Shown here in pieces: positions 37,219 to 48,394 of a DNA stretch of 64,000 nt (the stretch's first letter is position 1; every line of letters starts with the position of its first letter). The notes under the pieces were generated by a model. It ran no database searches and was not told the origin of the DNA. It worked only from the letters and a program-made list of their open reading frames with translations. The translations under genes were made by a program, and so were the position numbers. The stretch is from positions 115,072,001 to 115,136,000 of the forward strand of contig NC_135801.1 of assembly GCF_964213995.1 (NCBI RefSeq), in the 5' to 3' direction. This stretch comes from Mustelus asterias. Lineage: Eukaryota.

Positions 37219-39433
37219 CTTCCCAAGGTTGTCATTCTGTCAGCAGAAATCTGAAGCCATGTTTGAGCATGCGCAGTGGAATGGATCTCCCAGCCTGGAG
37301 CAGTGTACTGTCAGTGCAGCAACTGGGAAACAGTCTGTCCTCGGATTGCCCAGGATTGATGAGCTTGATTTAAATCTCATTGAGCACATATCTTAGACGT
37401 ATTTAGAGGTCAGGCTTCCCTGAGAAAGTATTCTCGGTTGTCATTTTGGCCACTGAGAGAAGATGGCTGACGAAAGCATCTACCGTTTCATTGTATTTAT
37501 GTCAAGAATTCAAAACAGTGATTGCACAAAGATCTTCGTTTATCAGTTCACGGTGTGTCTGTCCTCGAGTTATTGTTATCAATATCAGTTTCTTTTTTCC
37601 ATATGATTTCAAACAAAAGGTTGACAATACATTGTGGAGCCTTTAAAAAGTAAAGTTTCACAGGAAAACCATTCCCCTTTGATTAGTTTGATTCACACTG
37701 ACCAATAGTAGAGCGGATGCACTTCCATGGAAAGAAATTTGCTGTGGTACACTCAATCAATATTTGAAATGGTAAATGCTTTTGGAAAGCTTTTAATTTC
37801 AAGACATTTTATAATAAATAAAATCAATTAAACCTTCACTTGTCTGCTGTGAAGCTATTCGCCATTGTGTTATATATTCCATGGTGTGATACCACGTTTT
37901 GGAGTTCCGACGTATCCACAGCCACACATTCTTGAAGCGACATTAGAAAATCTACAGGCTTCATAAGGGCTGTTGAGACACGGTGCAGTCGCAGGCAGAG
38001 ATGAGTGTCGATACAAAAGCAAAAGGATTGAACATCGCCTTGCTTATTAATCTTTGTTCAAGATCAGCTTCCCATACTCTGGTCTCCAAGCCAACCTGTA
38101 TTTTGGTACCTGATACCAGGTGAAAAGGTCATTTATTTCAACTGTGTGCATAGGCTACATAATAAACAAAGAGAAAAATCAATATCCTCACCACGGAGGC
38201 AGAATACCTGAGACTCAGTTTTACTTCAACCAGATCCTTGTTCTTTATCTAACGGTGAATGACAGCAGGAATAATTAAGATTTGATTAAGGCTGCTACTT
38301 CACAATCTTATGGAGTGGGGTGGGGGCAACCTTCTGTGTTGAACAGACATCGCCAACAAAAAAATACGAATTCCTGTCGTAAATCAACAACTAGCACAAG
38401 ACCCATGCTGCAAAACTGTTTCTAGACTATTGTTGGTCTTCTTGTCAGTAGCTATTCAGTCTAGGAAATCTAAATCTACCAGCAGCAGTTGAAATTACTT
38501 GCCGGCCTCGCAGCATCCCTGCTTGAAATCATTGCAAAACCTGGAAAAATATTAACTCGTTGCAATAAATTGTCTTACATACACTTTATCCATTCACTTT
38601 ACAACAGCACTTTGAAAGTATTCTTTTATTTGAATGATTCTTCATATTTTACCGAAGACCTGAAGCTCTCAATTTTAACTTCCAAGTTTCAAACCTGCGC
38701 TAAACAGATATTTTCTGTTATTTAAAAAAAGACTGTGAAGGACGATCGGAGGCAAAGAAGTACAAAAGTAGATTTAATCCGAATTTTTATAATGGCAGCG
38801 GTGTAGAGAGATTGGAAGAAGCAATTGATTCATTACAATAATGAGGAATCGTGTATTGAATATTGAGTGATTTACGGCCGAGCCAACTCAGGAAAAATGT
38901 CCTGCACATGAGGCTAAAACATTCGATAGTCCTATTTTGGTTGTAAAAAGTACTTCGCATTCCGCGCCGCACATATATTTTTGTATGTGTATGGATACTA
39001 TGTGACTACATTTTACTGAGTTGGAAGAACTTTTGTAGCTGATTTTAAGATATTTCAAATCTATTTGATATTCACATACATGCGTCCACAAATGTCTCAA
39101 TCATCAGTCATTTTGTCAAAGTATATTTGCATTTGTATTACTTCTTACTTGATTTTAGTAATCAAGTAATCAATAAGTTGGTCCATAGTTCATAGAAATA
39201 GTGTAATTACTTTTCCAAACTCCTTTTTGCGCAATGAAGTCTGGTGGAACTTGCAGTCTGTTATCACAACTTACTCTTCTATGTTTGGCCTGTTATGATA
39301 TAATCAAACGAATAAATGTGAACTTTTAAAGACTACATTTCTCGCACTACACACTGCGGTAGTATTTTACTGTGGCTCACAGCTTGATGTATTAGAAGAG
39401 ATTTTATGAAGGAAAACGCCTCTTTGCTGTCTA

Positions 39434-39500
39434 CCAATCAGTGACTCAAAAGTAATCACATGATAAAGTAACAGGTGAGGAGTCACAGATCAGGTGTCAG
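39434..39500 (+). promoter_or_regulatory. Putative TATA-less proximal promoter of pdx2
   Basis: CCAAT 39434-39438, TGACTCA 39442-39448, E-box CACATG 39457-39462 overlapping TGATAA, and two CAGGTG motifs, 90-150 nt before the ATG. Confidence 0.55.
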
Positions 39501-39586
39501 CGTTCATTCCATGTGAAACTGGGCATTTCACAGTTTGTAGAAGCGTTGACAGAAGACCTCCGTTGATGCCAGATCTCATTTCAGTT

Positions 39587-39905
39587 ATGGACGGAGAGGT
39601 GGACTACCTTGAGAGTGCGTGCCGGTACCAGAGCCCAGAATATGTTCAGAGTCCACCTGCCTGCATCTACGCCAGGACTCCGCAGCCCTCTCTCCTGAGA
39701 TCCTGCTTCGGGGATTTGAACCAGCATAACATGACGGATTTCACTCACTACGACGGTACTACAGACCCAAAGTCCGGCTACATTTGCCAGCCCAACTACT
39801 TCAACACAGGGCACGGCGATAACCTCCAGCCTCAGGGCCGCTACCCGTTCCCCTGGATGAAGAACACAAAATCACACACTTACACTTGGAGAAATCAGTG
39901 GGAAG
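39587..39905 (+). CDS. pdx2: Pdx/Xlox ParaHox homeobox gene, coding exon 1 (likely Pdx2)
   Basis: MDGEVDY...QSPPACIY (Pdx N-terminal PPACLY motif)...YPFPWMKNTKSH (Pdx hexapeptide)...W-x-x-QW. Donor GAAG|GTACGG at 39905/39906, phase 1. Alternative in-frame ATG at 39566. Confidence 0.93.
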
Positions 39906-39997
39906 GTACGGCCACAAGCTAATCGATTAATAAGTTTAGCCTTTGCTTGAGTTTAATGATAAATACGAACTGGAACGAACATACTTTTAATGGCCCT

Positions 39998-40192
39998 TAT
40001 CATAGAATCATAGAAACCCTACAGTGCAGAAAGAGGCCATTTGGCCCATCGAGTCTGCACCGACCACAATCCCACCCAGGCCCTACTCCCATATCCCTAC
40101 ATATTTACCCGCTAATCCCTCTAACCTACGCATCTCAGGACACTAAGGGGCAATTTTAGCACGGCCAATCAACCTAACCCGCACATCTTTGG
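39998..40192 (-). mobile_element. 5'-truncated V-SINE (CR1-type tail) in the pdx2 intron
   Basis: Near-identical to 4810-4995. Confidence 0.85.
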
Positions 40193-41554
40193 ATCTTTGG
40201 ATCTTTATCCAGCACCTTTTCAGATATAAAATAATATTTACTATGCAACTAAATCTATATCTACGTTTAAAAAAACATTGTATGTGTGTGTTTATGGACA
40301 AGTACCCCGATACATAAATACCAGAGCACATATTATGTACATGTAAATACCTGCCCAGATTACATTTTTACCTTAAGACACAAAGTAGAATAGAATTCAC
40401 AACTGAAAACAATTACAAATCAATGAACCGTTTCACTTTCTGTTGCTCTTATTGTTAATACCAAAATTAATTCACGATAGGAAACGACTGAAGAAAAAAT
40501 ACACCGACATCACACGCTTTCCACCAACCGAGCCAATTCGCTGCGTACATACTTGATTTGCTTACCTTGTTGAGTCTGATGGTTGCTGTGCAGGTGGGGA
40601 CTAAGGGAAACATGACAGGGGGGGGAAATAATCGATTGGGCTGGAATAATGTCACAGTGCTATCTTCTTTAATTGTTCACCCTCACCTCCCGCCCCGATT
40701 AGAGTGGGTAGAATCCACAATATTGCCAATTGTATTGAGTCTGTGGAACTGAGGCGTGAGGAGAGGGCCCGGAGGCCGCTCTCTTCCGTAATTTCTCATC
40801 CGTATTTTTGCTGATTCTCTTAGTGCTAAATTTTACTAATCGGCGCCTTTCTATCAAGTATTTCCGGGCGTTCGGATGTGTGTAATTGTAGAAATGTTCG
40901 TTATGGACATGACATATAAGGATAAAACCCATTGATCAGGTCTGGCTAGCATTTTTATGAGATAGCCTCTCAAATGGTCCTGCTGCGGCATATTATTTTA
41001 AAAGTGCTAAGTACTAGTTGAGAACTTTAAGGCTTAGCCATCTGTTCTCGCGGAATGATAATATTTAGTGAATACTGAAGCACATTAACACCTTTATCGC
41101 AACAATATCATACCAAAAAGTGCAATAAGGATGAGAAAAATAGGTTTGGGCCTATTGTGTAAGTGTGGAATGTCGGTGTGCGGGTTGCAAAGGAATTCAT
41201 AAAAAGTTAATACAGCAGATTTGTGTACCAATAGAAGAAAGGGCCATTTTGGTTGAAACTGGCAGTACTAGATAGATACAGACCCACACTGAATTCAACA
41301 GTACATAGATCGTATCTGTGTTTGTCCACGTTCATTTACCTGGCAGACGATTGGAAACAGCGTTGTGGGTAATAACCTTTCTCCAGATTCCATAGTGAAT
41401 ATCATAACATTATTTCTACAAGTTAACTTTCAAACTTAAATCTTAGATCATCAGTCTTTTTCTCTTACAAATCAATATATCACCAAATTCCCTTCAAACA
41501 TTAAGGTATTTAAGATTGGGAGTTGTTCCATTATTATTCTGAGCCCATTATTAT

Positions 41555-41694
41555 TCTGAGCTTTGACAAAGGGTCATCTGGACTCGAAACGTCAGCTATT
41601 TTCTCCCTTTACAAATGCTGCCAGACCTGCTGAAATTTTCCAGCATTTTCTCTTTTGGTTTCAGATTCGAGCATCCACAGCAATTTGCTTTTAT
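41555..41694 (+). mobile_element. 140-bp non-autonomous element with variant hammerhead-like motif (41559-41597) and 10-bp TSD
   Basis: AGCT-TTGACAA-AGGGTCATCTGGACTC-GAAA-CGTC-AGCT. CCATTATTAT at 41545-41554 and 41695-41704. Relatives at 33388-33815 and about 52622-52720 (-). Confidence 0.65.
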
Positions 41695-41719
41695 CCATTA
41701 TTATCGTACTGCCTGGCAG

Positions 41720-42227
41720 AATAATTTTGTAACAAACACGGGGGGGGGGGGGGGGGGGGAATTATCGGCTGCATTTCCCCAAGAAAGATCATTACAATGC
41801 CAAGTAGAAAATACAGATATTACAGTACAAATACACCTGCATTCCCAGACAAGGGATAATTGGCCCTTAATCTGCTTTCGGAATAACCCAGCAGCTTTCA
41901 ATACACCGCCACGATAAAAGACACACTCATGCCGAACAGTCAAAAAGCTTCTGTGCAAATGTGTAATCTTAATCACAAGGCCCTTACAGATACATTTATG
42001 GAAGGCGAGATTCACATGTACTAAAATGAGCTTGGTAGCTCAGAATGAGAGGAAATGATTTGACCAGAACACCGATATCTAACCGAGGAGAGAATGTGGC
42101 TCGTTATAAAGGAAGATATTTGTATTGTAATGTCTGTATTTTTTACTTGACACTGTAATGCTCTTCCTTGGAGAAATGCAGCCGATAATTCCCCCCCCCC
42201 CCCCCCCGTGTTTGTTACAAAATTATT
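41720..42227. repeat. Long inverted repeat (arms 41720-41833 and 42117-42227) in the pdx2 intron
   Basis: AATAATTTTGTAACAAACAC-G20-AATTATCGGCTGCATTT... versus ...AAATGCAGCCGATAATT-C17-GTGTTTGTTACAAAATTATT. Confidence 0.92.
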
Positions 42228-43108
42228 TTTCAGTCGTCGTCAATATTCAGATACAGAAGAAGTTAATGGTACATAAACCAATACATTTAATATTTGATCA
42301 GATTACGTTTTAGACTCTGTTAAAATCCTGTGTTAATTTAGTTATGCACAAGGAGTTTTTTTAAAAAGCAAGTCTTTATGACGAAAGGTAACAGGGCATG
42401 TTCACTCCAGCCACTGGTACACTGTTAGCTTTTCCTCTGTAAAATTCGATTCTCAATTGTAATTCTGATATTAGGCTAATTAATTAAGGAGTTTAACGAC
42501 ACACATGATGCCCGCTGTACAATCTGTCATAAAAAAAGTATAATTGCTTTCAGACGTTCATGGGGACATGGGAGTTTCAGAGAATTGTAGATATGTGTGC
42601 ATAAAAAGCCCCCAAATTCAATACATTCCTTCACAAAATGGACCAGAACACAAAGGGAATTATCTTCCTTAGTAGTCTTGTTGTTACCTTCGCAAAGTAC
42701 TAATATTGTAGAGAAGAAAGGCCCTTAGAAAGGAATAGGCCGCCTCGGATACTTACGATATGCATTTTTTAAAAAAGGTAGATGTGATATTTCACCTCTG
42801 TCGTTATCCTGTAATTTTGTAATGCTGTGACATTTGTTCCCAACTGTACATAGGCCACTTCCCCAAACTGAATGTCAACCCATCACGCCGTCCTAAAATA
42901 CGTTGCTTAAAAAACTATTGTTACTGTAACCGTCACGAACAATATGAAATAGTTTTTTCAAAATACATCTTTTTCTATTTTAAAAGGGCCCTCATATCCT
43001 GACCTAGAGGGCTGAAATTACAAGTTCCTCTATCAGCACATTTCCTTAGTTTGTGTGTCGTTTGCGATTAATGAACGAGTAAAGATCACGCATCTGGTTT
43101 TCTGCTAG

Positions 43109-43488
43109 GAAACAACTTCACGATGGACGCCGATGAAAGCAAACGGACCCGGACGGCCTACACCAGAGGGCAGTTGCTGGAACTGGAGAAGGAGTTCCAT
43201 TTTAACAAGTACATCTCCAGACCCCGGCGCATTGAACTAGCAGCAATGCTGAGCCTTACCGAAAGGCACATCAAAATCTGGTTCCAAAACAGAAGGATGA
43301 AATGGAAGAAAGAGGAAGCGAAGAGACAAACCAAGACAAATTGCAGCAAACCCGAAGCGGCGCTAGGCGAGAAGTCTTCGGGAGAAGCTACGGTAGGGAG
43401 TCAATCTGGGGCTTCCTTTAAAAACACGGACAGTGATTTTTCTGTGACTGGAATCAACAGCGATATTGAACTTCTACTCAGCTCATAG
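43109..43488 (+). CDS. pdx2: Pdx/Xlox ParaHox homeobox gene, coding exon 2 (homeodomain)
   Basis: Acceptor TTTTCTGCTAG| at 43108 restores frame (G+GA=Gly, [10 protein letters not shown]). Homeodomain [59 protein letters not shown] has the Pdx-diagnostic His in ERHIKI. Spliced CDS 699 nt/232 aa, intron 3203 nt. Confidence 0.95.
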
Positions 43489-43839
43489 AATATAAACTTA
43501 ACATGTTCCCTCAGAAATATGTCAATCATTGATTTTTTAAAAATTATTTCTCAAGATGTGGGCGTCGCTGGCTAGGCCAACATTTGTTGTCCATACCTAA
43601 TTGCCCTTGAGAAGGTGGTTACGCAGGTAAATGTTGTAGCACATTTTAATAATCTGTGGAACAAACCCGCAATCATTTTCACTTAAATATTTAATATATT
43701 GTAAAAAAAAACAAAATAATTTTTTGACTCTAGAATGCGATTTATTTAAATAACTGAGTGAAGAGATTATTTCCGTTCATTCACTCAACAGGACAGTCCT
43801 CTAACCCAGAAGCAATGCTAATAGATGTATACAATCAGG

Positions 43840-43845
43840 AATAAA
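43840..43845 (+). other. Candidate pdx2 polyadenylation signal
   Basis: AATAAA about 350 nt after the stop codon, with T-rich sequence downstream. Confidence 0.35.
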
Positions 43846-43924
43846 TTGTTAATAATTCCTGGATCTTGCATTTTATTTTCTCATTATGCTCAAACAACTA
43901 AGAGGACACAAATGGAGTTTTCAC

Positions 43925-44250
43925 TTGATTTGATTTGATTTATTATTGTCATATATATTGGGATACAGTAAAAAGTATTGTTTCTTGTGCGCTATACATA
44001 AAATACCGTTCATAAAATACATAGGCGAGAAGGAAAGGAGAGGGTGCAGAATATAGTGTTACAGTCATAGCAAGGGTGTAGAGAAAGATCAACTTAATAT
44101 GTGGTAGGTCCGTTCAAAAGTCTGATGGCAGCAGGGAAAAAGTTGTTCTTGAGTCGGTTGGCACGTGATCTCAGACTTTTGTATCTTTTTCTCGACGGAA
44201 GAAGGTGGAAGAGAGAATGTCTGGCGTCCTTGATTATCGTGGCTGCTTTA
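43925..44250 (-). mobile_element. Rex1/Babar LINE 3' fragment
   Basis: (TTTGA)n tail and body near-identical to 33458-33745. Confidence 0.8.
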
Positions 44251-47200
44251 ATACAAGAGTGAAGAGAATTGGATTAGAGTATTCAAATAATATACGCACA
44301 CCTTAGTGCGCTCATGCAGACAACAAGCGGGTAGAAATCACAAGAAAATTTGTCTAATTGGACTGAAATCTGCAACGCAATGAAATGTTGGGGAACACTA
44401 GGCGCGGGTCTGTTGTGAAACCAGTAAAATTACTAATAATTAATCATTTGTGAGCATTCCAGACTAGGCATTCGCTATATAACGCCATTTTATTCGGTCA
44501 CATTCCTTATAACTTTTGACTATAAACTATAATTTTACCACTGATTATAAAAGTAGCAAATATTTTCATTTAATTTCAAATAGCTTCATGGTGCGCGAAA
44601 GCACACAGTGTGAAACGCTTACCCGACGAACAGATATAATGCTTTAATATAATTAACATGAATTTTATTGAATGAAAATGACGGTACGACTTTTAAGAAG
44701 GGAAAGGGTCCGAAGGATAACAATACAGATGTCATTTCGGATTTTACCATGTGCGGATTGGAAGCGGTAGGAATCAGATCCAATTCAATGTCCACATCAC
44801 CTGGAGCCACTCACCGCTCAAGGCACCATTTCCTATCAGTCCATTAAACGATTAAAACATTGAATCTAACAAATCATGTCGCCATTCAAGCACATGAGTA
44901 ATTCGCAAAACACACTTTACGTTAGTAAGTAAATGCATTTCGTTAAAAATAATAAACGTTTGGGCCTTATTGCATGAGCGATACCAATTCATAATTTTGC
45001 ATATCAGGAATTGAAAATATCAGAAATAATAATGTAATGCGACATTACGATAGAGGATAAAAAGTTATCAATTCTCGACATTTCACATTGTACAATGCAA
45101 GCAATATCCTAAGATCTGTACTGAATACCCACAGTTAAACAGGATTGATGTTAACCGCGAGTGATATGAATGACAGGCACATGATGTTCCTATATTGTCC
45201 TGCACGACGCTTGTTACCGACTTTAACATGAAATGCGAATTAAGCAATATTAGGATGTTTCTTTAAAATATTCATAACATTTGTCTAGTTTCGAATGGGC
45301 GCATAAACATGCTTCTTGGAGAGTTGGATGGGCAGGAACTTCACTCAGTGACTGGAAGACTCTGATGAATTAATTACAATCAGAGTTTATACCATAATGA
45401 CTGCCTATGAATTACAACAGTTTCGTTAGTGTAAGAAACTGGGACGTAGAAGTGCATCCTGTTTCCATACTTGAAGGAACTCCGTGAGAGAAGTGTTGAT
45501 GGGCGTTCTAATCTCGCAATAAATAACACGCTGATTTTCTGATTTATTCTTTGTCACTTCAATTCAATGATTTCATGTTACTGGGTTACACAGCGAGGTG
45601 TCTGCGGGAAAGGTAAAGCACCTTACCAGAGGATGTGAGTCACTCCAATCACTGTATCTAGGCGAGCACTTGGTACCAGCACTATTTTTTCTTCCTTTCT
45701 CTTCGAGGGGAGCGAATTGCTACCACGGAAATAACTAATTATAAAAATAAATATCCTGCCATACTCCTGAACCCAATCCAGCTAGAAACAATCCCAAGAG
45801 TTTGAAGAATGGCCCTCTTGAGACACAGACGTGGCGGTTAAGGCTTCATTCAATCCCACTTAATACTTTAACGATAGCCCATGTAAAGTGATAATCACAA
45901 AGGCTGATAATCTTCCCACTGGATCCCCGAGCACTGGCTACTAATCGAAACTAACCTTTAGGATTTCAGATACCTCGGTTGTAATCTGTTACTCTTGCAG
46001 TTATTAATTGCATTGATATGCCTGTGAGAAAATCGATCAATAACCTTTTCACCCTACCTGGAAGTGTGGATTTGGACATCTAGAGATTTTTTCTTGACCT
46101 TTTCCGTCGCTGAGTTGGATTTAAAACATTCGACTGAGTAAATGTTGGGGTTGATTTTAACATCAAGGGATTTCGGGAGCCATGCTTTCTCCCCTTTTGG
46201 TTATTTTATGTTTGCTGTAAACGTTAGCTTGATGTTTGCACACTCCCATTACTGCAACATTTGGAAACCTCGACACCAGTACAATCCATACCAGAGTGTA
46301 CTCCCACACACTTTCAGTAGAAATTGTCGGATTGTCTCCAAGAGGAGATCATAATGGATTAGCTGCATCCCAGTTTGACCTCAGAACAGGCCACCGACAG
46401 ATCTCTGGCCTTCCAGTAGTCACTGAATTAATTTGCTGAAACACGGAGGTTACGAAAACATTTAAACTTTATTCGCATTTTTTCCAGGCATGGAACAACA
46501 AAGGACAGTTAAACTGCCGTTTCGATGTATCTGTAAAATGGCTGGAAATCACAGGATTAAAGAAATACTCAATCCATTCCCCCGTTTTAATCACAGTGAA
46601 AACTAAATACTTATATTCACTTCCAAACCTATAAAGTCTTGCTTTGATATTCTGTGGGCAAATGCACCTGGACAAATTTAAACATATAATATATACCTGA
46701 CCCATAGAGTATGTGGGGTCCCTTTTTCATTCCAGGGTACAGGTATTTGGATTTCATCTTAGCGACTCCAACCCCCGCACCGAGCCCCAGCATTTCCACT
46801 TCAATATTCTTCTCTGGAAATGCTTAGTCTTACAAATTTAATTGGTTACATTTACGTATGTACATATAAACCTGGTTGGTGTGCCTTTCACCACAAGGTT
46901 CCAACCAATCCTGTGCTACCACAACATCTTTACATACACACTTCCAGAAATCATCAACCAATTGCTATCTTGATTGAGCATTCCAGCACAGCTTTTTTTT
47001 TAAGACTCAATATAACTATACATAGAATTGTAGAATCGGAATCATAGGATGCTTACAGAATGAGAGCATTTTGCCTTTGATGTCCATTCTGGCTCCCTGG
47101 AAGAGCAATTCAACTTTTTAAAAATTCACTTGTGGAACATGGGCGTTGCTGGCTGGCCAGCATTTATTGCCCATCCCTAGTTGGCCTTGTAGGGCAGTTG

Positions 47201-47867
47201 AGATTCAACCATATTGCTGTGGCTCTGGAGTCACATGTAGGCCAGACCAGCTAAGGATGACAGATTTCCTTCCTGAAAGGACATCAATGAGCCAGATGGA
47301 TTTATCTGACAATCAGCAATCTAGTCCCACACTCTTGCCTTTTCTCAATACTCTGCAATTTATTTTGCTTCAAATAATAATCCAATTCCTGCTTGAATGC
47401 CGACAATCTCAGGCAAGGCATTCCAGATCCTAACCTTGCACTGTGCAAACAAAACCTTTCCTCACGTCACCATTGCTTATTTTGCTAATTATTGGTGCCC
47501 TCTGGTTCTTTGGACCTTACTGTGAATGGAAACAGTTCCTTGCTATCCATTCTGTCCAGTCCCTACATGACTTTTAACACCTCTATCAAATCTACTTCTA
47601 ATCTTCTCTTCTCCAAAGAGAACAAACTCCTCCAATCTATCCATGCAGCTGAAGCACCTCATCTCTGGAAATATCCCTGTAAATCTTCTTGCAACCTCCT
47701 AATATCTTCACATCCTTCAGAAGTGTATGTTATTCAGAATTGGACATAATACTCCAGTTCAGACTGAACTAGTTTTTTTTTCCAAGTTTCATCATAATCT
47801 CCTTGCTTTCACAATCAGTATCCCTATTTATAAAGCCCCGGATCTCATCTACTTAATTAACTAGAAA

Positions 47868-48117
47868 GTAAAGTAAAGTTTATTTATTAGTCACAAGTAA
47901 GGCTTACATTAACACTGCAATGAAGTTACTGTGAAATTCTCTGAGTTGCCACACTCCGGCGCCTGTTCAGAATGTGAGACGAAACCGGAGCACCTGAAGG
48001 GAACTCACGCAGACACGGGGAGAACATGCAAACTTCACATAGCCAGTGACCCAAGCTGGGAATTGAACCCAGGTCCCTGGCGCTGTGAATCAGCAGTGCT
48101 AACCACTGTGTTACCCA
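47868..48117 (-). mobile_element. V-SINE (alternative-tail type, internally deleted) within a decayed minus-strand CR1
   Basis: AAAGTTTATTTATTAGTCACAAGTAAGGC...CAGCAGTGCTAACCACTGTG. Confidence 0.8.
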
Positions 48118-48394
48118 CCTTTCTCAACCTTCCTTGCCCCCTCCAATGACTTGTGCAGATATAGACCCATCCCTCTTTGCTCCTGCACCCCTTTTAAAAT
48201 TGCACCCTTTATTTTATATTACCTCTCATCACTAAGAGTATTTGAGGATTTTCACTGAAAACAGCCAATTTATCACTTACCAGTGAATCAACTTATTTGT
48301 ATGGCTTAGTATGAACCACACTGTCTGATGTATTTACTCCATGTATATTTTGAGGAGGTTTTGGCTTTACCTTGTCATCAACAAGCTATATAAT

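Noticed and set aside
39494-39586. ORF-track N-terminal extension of pdx2 and read-through to 39922
   Set aside because: It starts at GTG within the putative promoter/5' UTR. Pdx similarity begins at ATG 39587, and the splice donor at 39906 precedes the stop.
39587-43488. Calling the gene Pdx1
   Set aside because: Homeodomain residues (G, H, I, A, S at variable positions) and the short divergent N- and C-termini differ from the highly conserved Pdx1, and no urad/cdx is seen downstream. A phylogeny is still needed.
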